This document shows positions 1-7,330 of a stretch of DNA of 13,008 nucleotides, in pieces. Numbering within the stretch: position 1 is the first letter of the stretch; each line of letters opens with the position of its first letter. Under the pieces are notes generated by a model that saw nothing but the letters and a program-made list of their open reading frames with translations, made no database searches and was not told the DNA's origin. The stretch comes from Bdellovibrionota bacterium (GTDB lineage: Bacteria > Bdellovibrionota_C > UBA2361 > OMII01), in assembly GCA_044356215.1 (NCBI GenBank), contig JBIKWQ010000082.1, positions 1-13,008 of the forward strand. Reading direction: 5' to 3'. The position numbers and the translations under genes are program-made.

Positions 1-124
1 AGCCAAAAACAAAGTTGAGCTCCGCTCGAATGTCGGCAAAGTAATGCGAGAATTAAAACACCAGTCCCAGCGTATAGTCTCTTTTTTTTGATACAAAAAG
101 TAAACTATCCCACGTTACCTACTA
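1..124 (+). mobile_element. Right end of an IS630-family insertion sequence (extends beyond the window start)
   Basis: A transposase-like C-terminus runs to 91, followed by about 33 nt of non-coding sequence ending ...CCCACGTTACCTACTA and then TA (125-126). Arginase similarity begins exactly there. IS630 elements insert at and duplicate TA. The end is ambiguous by 2 nt because of the TATA at 123-126. Confidence 0.72.
2..91 (+). CDS. IS630-family transposase, C-terminal 29 aa (5'-partial)
   Basis: Hand translation of frame +2 gives AKNKVELRSNVGKVMRELKHQSQRIVSFF*. This resembles the usual IS630 tail (..k.eL...v...mr.lq..p.ri.SFF). Absent from the ORF track. Confidence 0.7.
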   Translation, partial: AKNKVELRSNVGKVMRELKHQSQRIVSFF

Positions 125-456
125 TAGCGTGCTTTACGATGAAAGAGGTTGATCGTTACGGGATTGGATCTGTATGTGAGCGCGCCTTAGATCGGGTCTC
201 AAAGAACACAGCCGCTTTCGTTGTCTCGTTTGATTTTGATTCCTGCGATCCTAGCTTCGCGCCAGCAGTGGGTACCTCGGTAAGGGGTGGGCTGACCCTT
301 AGAGAGGCATTTCTTATATTTGAGTTAGCAGCGGAGAGACCTAATCTGCGTGGTGTTGAGCTGATAGAATACGCGCCAGAAAGCGACATAGAGGGCAAAA
401 CCGCAGAGCTTGGGATCTCTTTAGCCGAGGCGGCACTGGGTGATTCGGTCTTATAA
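124..456 (+). pseudogene. rocF: Arginase (ureohydrolase family), C-terminal fragment, interrupted upstream by the IS
   Basis: Motifs FTMKEVDRYGI, VSFDFDSCDPSFAPAVGT (S-x-D-x-D-x-x-D-P metal motif), GGLTLRE and E-L-I-E-Y-x-P are present. The N-terminal GGDH and DAHxD motifs are missing. The first 12 aa of ORF 88..456 derive from IS sequence. Confidence 0.8.
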
Positions 457-474
457 ACCTTAAAACGGCAGCTA

Positions 475-1479
475 CTAGCCTGCCACTGCGCGTAGCAGCC
501 GATCCATAATTGCCGCCCCTAATCCGATCGGCTCGCAGGTATCGATTAATATAAGGTCCAATCCCGCTCCATCAAGATCACGAAGAGCTGAGAATAGATT
601 CGCCGCGACCTGATTTAGATCTCCAGTGTCACTTAATACTTTGACGACTTGGGCGTTAAAAGCGCTCTTTGAATTTGCGGAGAATAGAATAGCTCCTAAT
701 TTAAGATGCTCTAAATTCTCTGTCGTGCTTGGATCGATCAATCTAACTTTAGTTTTTGGAGAGTAGTGCTTTGCGAGTAATCCAGGGGAGAGAAGGGGAG
801 TCGTGCCTGTCTCTCTTCTGGTCGGGTAATCTTCAACAGAGCATCCTAGCGCGCTTTCCAGATCGTCTTTAGTAATCGCTCCTGGCCTTAGGATAGTTGG
901 CTTATCACAGAGGAGCGATAGAACTGTGGACTCGATCCCGATTGAGCATGGTCCGCCATCTAATATGTAATCTACTTTATCTCCGAGGCCCTGCTGAACA
1001 TGCTTCGCTGTTGTGGGGCTGATGTATGACGATGGATTGGCGCTTGGAGCGGCGATCGGTCGGCCACACATAGCGATTAATTTTAGAGCTATTGGGTGTT
1101 TGGGGATTCTGAGAGCGACACTCGCGCCTCCCGCGGAGACTCCTTGGCAGATAGCGGAGGTCTTTGGAACTATCACAGACAGTGGCCCAGGCCAGAGGTT
1201 TTTTAGAGCGAATAGCCAATCTTTTAGTGTTTCCGGATCGCCACTCTTTGACAGATCTGAATAGCTCAGGAGTTCATCAAAACTAGCTACATGAACGATT
1301 AGGGGATTGTTTGAAGGTCTCCCCTTAGCTTTGAATATCGCTTGAACGGCGGTTTCGTTAGTTGCATCCGCGCCCAGCCCGTAAACCGTCTCAGTTGGAA
1401 AAGCCACTAATCTGCCAGCTCGGAGCAAATCGGCGGCTTTAGCGAGCTCTTGGTCAGATGGTAATTGATCGACGCTCAT
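475..1479 (-). CDS. sua5: Threonylcarbamoyl-AMP synthase, Sua5 type (YrdC domain plus C-terminal SUA5 domain)
   Basis: Motifs VAFPTETVYGLGA, KGRPSNNPLIVH, WPGPL, APSAN and GIEST, the linker SPGLLAKHYSP and C-terminal GLGAAIMDRL. GAGG SD upstream. Confidence 0.97.
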   Translation of the reverse strand: MSVDQLPSDQELAKAADLLRAGRLVAFPTETVYGLGADATNETAVQAIFKAKGRPSNNPLIVHVASFDELLSYSDLSKSGDPETLKDWLFALKNLWPGPLSVIVPKTSAICQGVSAGGASVALRIPKHPIALKLIAMCGRPIAAPSANPSSYISPTTAKHVQQGLGDKVDYILDGGPCSIGIESTVLSLLCDKPTILRPGAITKDDLESALGCSVEDYPTRRETGTTPLLSPGLLAKHYSPKTKVRLIDPSTTENLEHLKLGAILFSANSKSAFNAQVVKVLSDTGDLNQVAANLFSALRDLDGAGLDLILIDTCEPIGLGAAIMDRLLRAVAG

Positions 1480-1493
1480 TGCATGGCCTCAAA

Positions 1494-2066
1494 TCACGGC
1501 ACAAATACAAGCTTAGCTTTGGTCCAGCCGCGAGATCCTACGGCTCCTGACGCGAGCGCTTCGTATTGACTCGGGACATCTCGCTTTACAAAGCTTCCCT
1601 CGATTAAGAACTGAATCTCGGAACGTGTAGGTGATGCCTCAACAATTTTTATCGGGAGAGATACCTTCTTCATTTTGCTCATCCAGGTGTAATTTCCGTG
1701 GAGCAGATAAGAGTTGCCAGCTGTACGCTCTATGCTTGAACTTCTAAATGAATTTGGGGATGGTGCCACTCGCGCTAAGATCCCTTGAGCGAAAAGAGCC
1801 TGCATTAATTGATCCGGTGGCAGCGTAAGTGATTTAAGATTTAGGGTTAATTCAAGCTCTGATTGAGTTACGTCTAGAGGATTTAGTCTGAAATTCCCGC
1901 GAAATTCCTCAAATGAGCCATTCATGCGTAGGCTTGGATTAGGGGACTGTACAGCGAAAGTTATATCTGATGAGCTCTTTTCAAGCCCCTGAGGTATTGG
2001 AGCGCAAAAAGCCGCGCTCGGCAGGGTTAAGAGAGAGAGACTAAGAATTAGGCGGAGAGAGGTCAT
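1494..2066 (-). CDS. Secreted YceI-like (lipid/polyisoprenoid-binding) protein, divergent
   Basis: Signal peptide, then ITFAV..MNGSFEEFRGNFRLNPLDVTQSELELTLNLKSL, which follows the YceI N-terminal strand pattern. F-x-S-x-x-I followed by Y-x-L-x-G also matches. Confidence 0.65.
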   Translation of the reverse strand: MTSLRLILSLSLLTLPSAAFCAPIPQGLEKSSSDITFAVQSPNPSLRMNGSFEEFRGNFRLNPLDVTQSELELTLNLKSLTLPPDQLMQALFAQGILARVAPSPNSFRSSSIERTAGNSYLLHGNYTWMSKMKKVSLPIKIVEASPTRSEIQFLIEGSFVKRDVPSQYEALASGAVGSRGWTKAKLVFVP

Positions 2067-2080
2067 GGGGTGGGATTAGG

Positions 2081-3160
2081 CTATCGAGAGCAAAGCTGAT
2101 CCACAAGAGACTCCTCACCCTCAGATGGGTTCAGCAGAGTTATGTGACCCAGTTTTCGCCCGGCACGTTCAGCTTTGTTGTATAGGTGGACGTGCGCGTT
2201 GGTCAATTTATTCACCTGAGTAAGATCTGGGATTTGGCCGATAATGTTATACATCACGGCTCGGGAGAGTGGCTCTGTTGAGCTAAGTTGGGCTCCAGTT
2301 ATAGCGAGAATGTGGTTGGCGAACTGACTTGCTTTCAATCCCTCTATGGTGGCGTGACCTGAGTTGTGAACGCGTGGTGCCATCTCGTTAGCTAAGATCT
2401 CGCCACGCACCTCAAACAGTTCTATCGCCAGAGTGCCGACGTAGTTAAGTGTCTCTAAAACCTTGGTGATGGCCTCATGCGCTAGAGTTTTTACCGACTG
2501 CGCTAAATCTGGAGCAGGTATCTCGCTACGGTGAAGGATGCCATCGATGTGTGTATTAAATGCCAGCGGGCAGATGGCTATTGAACCGTTTATATCACGA
2601 GTGGCGATAACAGAGAGCTCTCGCGTGAACGGCACAAAGCCCTCTACTAGGAGCGGAGCTCCGTTTAGAGATCTCCATGCTAGAGGCACATCCGCTGGTT
2701 TAGAGATCCGGTACTGTCCTTTGCCGTCGTATCCAAAGCGCCTAGTCTTAGCGATGCACGGATATCCTAGGTTCGCGCAGGCGTCTAATAATTCTGCCTC
2801 AGTCGAGGCAGCTTGAAAGCGAGGGGTCCCAATACCGAGCTTTTGCAAAAACTCCTTTTCGGTCAGCCGATCCTGCGAAACCTCTAATGCCATTGGTGGT
2901 GGATATACCGGCTTTAAAGACTCAAGGAAGCGCGCCGTCTCGCAAGGGACGTTCTCGAATTCGTAAGTTATTAGATCGCACCGCGAGGCGAATTCTTTTA
3001 AGGCCTCACGATCGCCGAAGTCGGACTCCGTGATATCACCAAGCCCAGCCGTAGCTGTGCTGGCGGATGAATCGTAAAATAAGCAGGTGTGTCCTAGCTG
3101 TTGCGCGGCTTGCGCGAGCATTCTTCCTAATTGTCCTGATCCAAGAATGCCGATACGCAT
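2081..3160 (-). CDS. purK: N5-carboxyaminoimidazole ribonucleotide synthase
   Basis: Motifs IGILGSGQLGRM, TYEFENVP, QDRLTEK, GYDGKGQ, NEMAPRVHNSGH and RAGRKLGH. Directly downstream of purE. Confidence 0.98.
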   Translation of the reverse strand: MRIGILGSGQLGRMLAQAAQQLGHTCLFYDSSASTATAGLGDITESDFGDREALKEFASRCDLITYEFENVPCETARFLESLKPVYPPPMALEVSQDRLTEKEFLQKLGIGTPRFQAASTEAELLDACANLGYPCIAKTRRFGYDGKGQYRISKPADVPLAWRSLNGAPLLVEGFVPFTRELSVIATRDINGSIAICPLAFNTHIDGILHRSEIPAPDLAQSVKTLAHEAITKVLETLNYVGTLAIELFEVRGEILANEMAPRVHNSGHATIEGLKASQFANHILAITGAQLSSTEPLSRAVMYNIIGQIPDLTQVNKLTNAHVHLYNKAERAGRKLGHITLLNPSEGEESLVDQLCSR

Positions 3161-3166
3161 AGTTCT

Positions 3167-3703
3167 CTAGCCTTTCGCGGCTTCTGAATCTTGTTTTGCC
3201 GATGAGATCTTTGGGGAAGGGGCAGACATAACATCTTCGGTTTGCTTAGCGCGGAAGGCCTTTAGCGCATGAGATATCTTGTCGTCGCTAATTCCTAAAA
3301 TGCTGGCGGCGAGAATAGCCGCGTTCGTCGCGCCGGCCTTGCCAATCGCCACGGTGGCCACAGGGATTCCAGCGGGCATCTGGGCGATTGAGAGTAGGGA
3401 GTCCATCCCGTGGAGCGCTTTTGACTCAACTGGTATACCGATAACCGGTAGGTGCGTCATCGAGGCGACCATGCCGGGAAGGTGGGCCGCTCCGCCCGCT
3501 CCGGCGATAATAACTTTTAGGCCCTGATCTGCGGCTTCTGTGGCATAGGAAAATAAGAGCTTGGGTGTGCGATGCGCAGAAACTACTTTAGTCTCGAAAG
3601 GTACGCCTAAGTTTGTCAGAGTAATGGCCGTAGCCTCGAGGGTTTCCCAGTCAGAAGTTGACCCCATGATTAATCCGACAAGCGGGTTGTTTGAGTTGCT
3701 CAT
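3167..3703 (-). CDS. purE: N5-carboxyaminoimidazole ribonucleotide mutase (class I PurE)
   Basis: Motifs [46 protein letters not shown] and NAAILA. Confidence 0.98.
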   Translation of the reverse strand: MSNSNNPLVGLIMGSTSDWETLEATAITLTNLGVPFETKVVSAHRTPKLLFSYATEAADQGLKVIIAGAGGAAHLPGMVASMTHLPVIGIPVESKALHGMDSLLSIAQMPAGIPVATVAIGKAGATNAAILAASILGISDDKISHALKAFRAKQTEDVMSAPSPKISSAKQDSEAAKG

Positions 3704-3709
3704 GGGGAG

Positions 3710-3739
3710 AGGTTACATGTTAAGCTTAAGGGGCGTCAA
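3710..3739 (-). promoter_or_regulatory. Putative sigma70 promoter directly abutting the purE start codon
   Basis: The minus strand reads TTGACG-N18-TAACCT-ctcccc-ATG. There is no SD before the ATG. Confidence 0.5.
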
Positions 3740-3753
3740 CTGGGGGATGCCAA

Positions 3754-4182
3754 CTACGGCCGCCACATATCCGGAGCTGCCTGAGTCTCGCAACCGGCTA
3801 GGGTTTCCGCGAGGCTCTCGCATGTTGCTAGCGAGTGATCGCTATTAACGAGATGGCTCAACCACAGATTGTCAAAATTAGCCACGCACTCAGAATCGAA
3901 CAGAACTCTCTCTGGTACTTCGGCCCCATCTTCAGGCGCTTCAGGTGTCAGAAATGAAGAGTAGGCCCCACGTTTAGCGGCTAGACGCCCCTCGCTTGAA
4001 TCTTTACACGGAGCAGTTCTCGCGGTTGATTGAAAACACGTGTCGCGCGCGGTGTCTGAGTGGGTGAAACACTCGCGTAAGCGCTCCGCACAGTCGGACT
4101 CCTGCGCAGCCGCTAGACAGGGCATAGCAAAAGCCGTAAATGCCGAAAGAACCACAGAAGTAAGGGTAGCCTTGTAATGCAT
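3754..4182 (-). CDS. Hypothetical secreted Cys-rich protein
   Basis: The ATG at 4182 is preceded by AAGAGGAACTTT, a better start than the TTG at 4206. Signal peptide MHYKATLTSVVLSAFTAFAMPCLAAA. Seven Cys in the predicted mature part. Fills the gap between co-oriented genes. Confidence 0.75.
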   Translation of the reverse strand: MHYKATLTSVVLSAFTAFAMPCLAAAQESDCAERLRECFTHSDTARDTCFQSTARTAPCKDSSEGRLAAKRGAYSSFLTPEAPEDGAEVPERVLFDSECVANFDNLWLSHLVNSDHSLATCESLAETLAGCETQAAPDMWRP

Positions 4183-4206
4183 AAAGTTCCTCTTAAAAGC
4201 GCCCAA

Positions 4207-4230
4207 ATCTTAACACTTCTCGAAGTGTTA
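4207..4230 (-). promoter_or_regulatory. Perfect palindromic operator-like site overlapping an extended -10 element
   Basis: TAACACTTC-TC-GAAGTGTTA at 4211-4230. The minus strand reads TGtTAAGAT at 4215-4207. Confidence 0.5.
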
Positions 4231-4253
4231 CTCACGCTGCACAACCGTTACGG

Positions 4254-4682
4254 CTAAGCTGCTGGATATTCACACAATTCAGTTAATACCCCGAAAAATG
4301 AGTTAGGTGATATGAAGGCGATCTTGGTGCCGCCCGCACCGTGGCGAGGGCTCGAGTCAATTAGCTTCGCCCCTAGGGACTCTAGCCTCGATAGCTCTGA
4401 CACTATGTTGTCCACTTTATAACAAACGTGATGTAGCCCGGGGCCACGCTTACTAATAAAGCGGGCCAGGTTTGAGGAGTCGTTCAATGGCGCAAGGAGC
4501 TCAAGTTTAGCTCCACCTGTATTTAAAAATGCCAGCTCAACTCCCTGCTCGGGTAGTCGCTCACGCAGCGTGACCTCTGTCAGGGCGCTTTGCGAGTAGC
4601 ATGTAATGGCGGCCTCAAGATCACTAACGGCGATCCCGATATGATCAACTTGCCAGGTTATATTGGCTATCGACGAGTTCAT
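4254..4682 (-). CDS. mce: Methylmalonyl-CoA epimerase (VOC/glyoxalase family)
   Basis: Motifs VDHIGIAVSDL, EQGVELAF, KLELLAP, RGPGLHHVCYKVDNI, PRHGAGG, IAFISP and GVLTEL. Confidence 0.92.
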   Translation of the reverse strand: MNSSIANITWQVDHIGIAVSDLEAAITCYSQSALTEVTLRERLPEQGVELAFLNTGGAKLELLAPLNDSSNLARFISKRGPGLHHVCYKVDNIVSELSRLESLGAKLIDSSPRHGAGGTKIAFISPNSFFGVLTELCEYPAA

Positions 4683-4776
4683 GCGGTAATACTAACGCCG
4701 GTGAGCTGTTCAGGAAAGTGTTGAATTATGGAGCATGTAGTAATCTCCGGGTTAGTTAATTCGGGGGAGAGGTGAA

Positions 4777-5718
4777 ATGCTGGGTGAGTTTGATCTGATT
4801 CGCGCGATACTAAGGGATAATTACAAGCACAGAGATCTAGTTATTCCTAATGGTGATGACGCCGCGGTACTACGTTGTGGTGGACAACTTGTCGCTATGA
4901 GTGTTGATACGATCGTAGAAGGATCGCACTTCTCTTTAGATTATTTCACTCCGCGTCAGGTTGGGATAAAGGGTCTCGAATCTAGTTTGTCCGATATAGT
5001 GGCAGTGGGTGGCCGCCCAGAATTCGCTCTGGTTTCGATCACGGTTTGTAAGCGCGAGGATTTCGCCAAGGCCGAGGATATTTATGCCGGTATTCGTGAA
5101 GCAAGCGCTCGCTGTGGAGTAATTGTTATAGGCGGTGACACGACGGTCGGTGGAGATTCCTTAAGTCTCAGCGTGACAGCTATCGGAAGGATTCCGTCGG
5201 ATGAATGGATTACTCCGCGCTCTGGGGCAAAGGTGGGGGATCTGATCTATGTTACTGGCGCTTTAGGCGGTTCCGCCGCGGGACTCCATCTATTTACCTC
5301 GAATATCGAAGGTTTCGAGCGCTTAAAGATGAAACACGTCGAGCCTAAATGTCGCGTCGATTTAGCTAACTCAATCGGCTTGCTCGCTACGTCGATGATC
5401 GATATTAGCGATGGGCTATCGAGTGAGCTTTATCACATCTGCGAAGCTAGTGGGGTTGGCTGTGTGGTGTACGAGGATCGATTGCCGATTGATCTAGATA
5501 CGCGCGAATTAGCGGCTCGCGGTGACCTCAATCCCTTTCGTTGGGCGTGGAACGGAGGCGAGGATTATGAGCTTCTATTTACCTGCGATCCAAAAGACGC
5601 CGCTCTCGCTCCTGGAACGTTGATAGGTGAAGTCACTGAGGACCGTTCTGTTTTAGTCGCGCGCGGCGGCGCGCTGGAGCGGCTCGTTAGGGGCGGATAC
5701 GATCACTTTGCCGTGTGA
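4777..5718 (+). CDS. thiL: Thiamine-monophosphate kinase
   Basis: Motifs GEFDLI, GDDAA, DTIVEGSHF, LSDIVAVGG, GGDT, VTGALG, IDISDGL and GGEDYELLF. SD GAGGTG upstream. Confidence 0.96.
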   Translation: MLGEFDLIRAILRDNYKHRDLVIPNGDDAAVLRCGGQLVAMSVDTIVEGSHFSLDYFTPRQVGIKGLESSLSDIVAVGGRPEFALVSITVCKREDFAKAEDIYAGIREASARCGVIVIGGDTTVGGDSLSLSVTAIGRIPSDEWITPRSGAKVGDLIYVTGALGGSAAGLHLFTSNIEGFERLKMKHVEPKCRVDLANSIGLLATSMIDISDGLSSELYHICEASGVGCVVYEDRLPIDLDTRELAARGDLNPFRWAWNGGEDYELLFTCDPKDAALAPGTLIGEVTEDRSVLVARGGALERLVRGGYDHFAV

Positions 5719-5739
5719 AACTGGTGTGTAAGCGCGGAT

Positions 5740-6495
5740 CTACTGAATGCCGTACTGCGCCGTAATCTCGACTCGTAGGTCTATCGGCTTGGCATCAATG
5801 CTTGGCCCCGCTGGCATATCGGACATAGCCGCGGCCTCGAAGCTTCGCTTCGCCATAGGCATTGGCATCGGCCTTACTTCTGAGCCATCTTGAGCCTCGC
5901 TAACTAGAACCAATTTTCCGAGCGTTACACCAGCTCCTTGAGCGAGGATACGTGCTTTCGAGGCGGCGTTTTTCATGGCGATCTCAAGGCACGACTCACG
6001 CGCGGCTTTCAAAGTCGGTGGAGCGGCAAAAGTGCGTAACTCAGAAACCTCCTCAGAGCCTAGCTTAGAGCTGACTCCGATAATCTCACCAATTCGCGCG
6101 ATCTCAGAGGTCTCGAATCTCGTGGCTAATTTTGCTCTGTAACCTTCACAATGGCGTTTACCTTGATCGTAGGAGCACTCTTGATCCACGACATACTCGG
6201 CTGTCTCAGAGATAAAGTCTTTTAAATTAAGATCCTTTACCGCGGCTTTTACAGCCTCGTGTGCCTTAATTGCCCTGTCGGAGGCCTCCTTTGTGGTTTT
6301 AGCGACCACTGAAGATCCGAGTACAACACTTCCACGATCCTGAACAACTTTGGTGAGACACTCGCCGCTGACAATGATTCCGCTTGAGGATCCTTCACGT
6401 GAGGGGGTTTCGGCGTGGGAGCTATCTAGCGCTACAAATGGCGAATGCAAAAAGATAGTTGAGAATATTATGAATAAAAGATTCATCTTTTTCAT
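5740..6495 (-). CDS. Periplasmic SIMPL-domain (DUF541; YggE/BP26-like) protein
   Basis: Signal peptide, IIVSGE..VVQD start, AMKNAASKARILAQGAGVTLGKLVLVSE, a Pro/Met/Ala-rich linker and terminal strand VEITAQYGIQ. SD AGGA. Confidence 0.88.
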   Translation of the reverse strand: MKKMNLLFIIFSTIFLHSPFVALDSSHAETPSREGSSSGIIVSGECLTKVVQDRGSVVLGSSVVAKTTKEASDRAIKAHEAVKAAVKDLNLKDFISETAEYVVDQECSYDQGKRHCEGYRAKLATRFETSEIARIGEIIGVSSKLGSEEVSELRTFAAPPTLKAARESCLEIAMKNAASKARILAQGAGVTLGKLVLVSEAQDGSEVRPMPMPMAKRSFEAAAMSDMPAGPSIDAKPIDLRVEITAQYGIQ

Positions 6496-6781
6496 GTTGT
6501 CCTACTTAAGGAATAAGGCATCAATTACCAAACAAATAACAAGTCATCCTAGTCTCTTAGCACTGCTTTGAAGAACTCGCAATATCGACACGATTTACCC
6601 AATGTGATTGGCGTCATACCGGAGAAACGCTAAAGGTGGAAATGCGTTAACTATTATTGAGAGAAGGTGATAGTGTGAGCGGGGTATGGGTCATCCGACT
6701 CATAGCAGCCGATTGTAAATGTTCATCAAACGCGGCACGGTCAATGATCTAGGCCATGTGTACCTATTTAGTGAGGAGCGA

Positions 6782-7330
6782 ATGTACGGTCTTGTAAATC
6801 AGGGATTGAAAGATATGGTTTGTCTTGATGCCGGTCAGGACACGTGGATGAGGATATGTCAGCAAGTTGGCCTTTCCCACCATGACTTTGACCTAATTGA
6901 GCCATATGATGACGCGCTCACAGCGAAACTAGTGGCCGAGATAGCGGCTGAGTTGAATATAGATGGACCCGCGGTTCTTACACGATTTGGGAAGTACTGG
7001 ATAAAATTTACAGCCCACCAGGGCTACGGCCAGATCATGGATCTTTTCGGTAAAGACTTTAAAACCTGTCTTAAGAATTTGAATCGAATGCATGGCCACA
7101 TGGGTTCGATGATGCCTGGCTTGAAGCCCCCGCGTTTTACTGTTGTTGATAGGGGGTCTAGTACCTTGGAGATCCAGTACTCGTCAACGCGAAAAGGTTT
7201 AGCTCCAATGGTTCACGGACTTCTAATCGGGCTAGCTGAGAAATTTAATGAGAAGGCGGAGATTAAATTATTACTCAGAGAGCCAGATGATGAATCAGAT
7301 AGATTTTTAGTGGAGCTAGGGGGTGTGTGA
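6782..7330 (+). CDS. hnoX: H-NOX (heme NO-binding) protein
   Basis: The true start is MYGLVN at 6782 (SD GAGGAG at 6773-6778), giving 182 aa. Motifs YDD, FGKYW, proximal His104 (NLNRMH), Pro117 (PPRF) and the heme-binding YxSxR (Y133-S135-R137). Confidence 0.96.
   Translation: MYGLVNQGLKDMVCLDAGQDTWMRICQQVGLSHHDFDLIEPYDDALTAKLVAEIAAELNIDGPAVLTRFGKYWIKFTAHQGYGQIMDLFGKDFKTCLKNLNRMHGHMGSMMPGLKPPRFTVVDRGSSTLEIQYSSTRKGLAPMVHGLLIGLAEKFNEKAEIKLLLREPDDESDRFLVELGGV

Noticed and set aside
88..123. TTG start and N-terminus MIQKVNYPTLPT of the 122-aa ORF
   Set aside because: It lies within the inferred IS end, has no SD and is not arginase-like.
156..3848. Short alternative ORFs (156-398, 977-1219, 1013-1264, 2538-2816, 3279-3527, 3561-3848)
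   Set aside because: Antisense or out-of-frame shadows of well-supported genes, with no recognisable motifs.
6557..6564. TTAGCACT, a CIRCE-like half site
   Set aside because: The second half (GAGTGCTAA after 9 nt) is absent.
6708..6713. GCCGAT, a sigma28-like -10 element upstream of hnoX
   Set aside because: No TAAA at the expected -35 spacing.
6719..6781. 21-aa N-terminal extension of H-NOX in the ORF track
   Set aside because: The family starts at MYG, and the strong SD precedes 6782.
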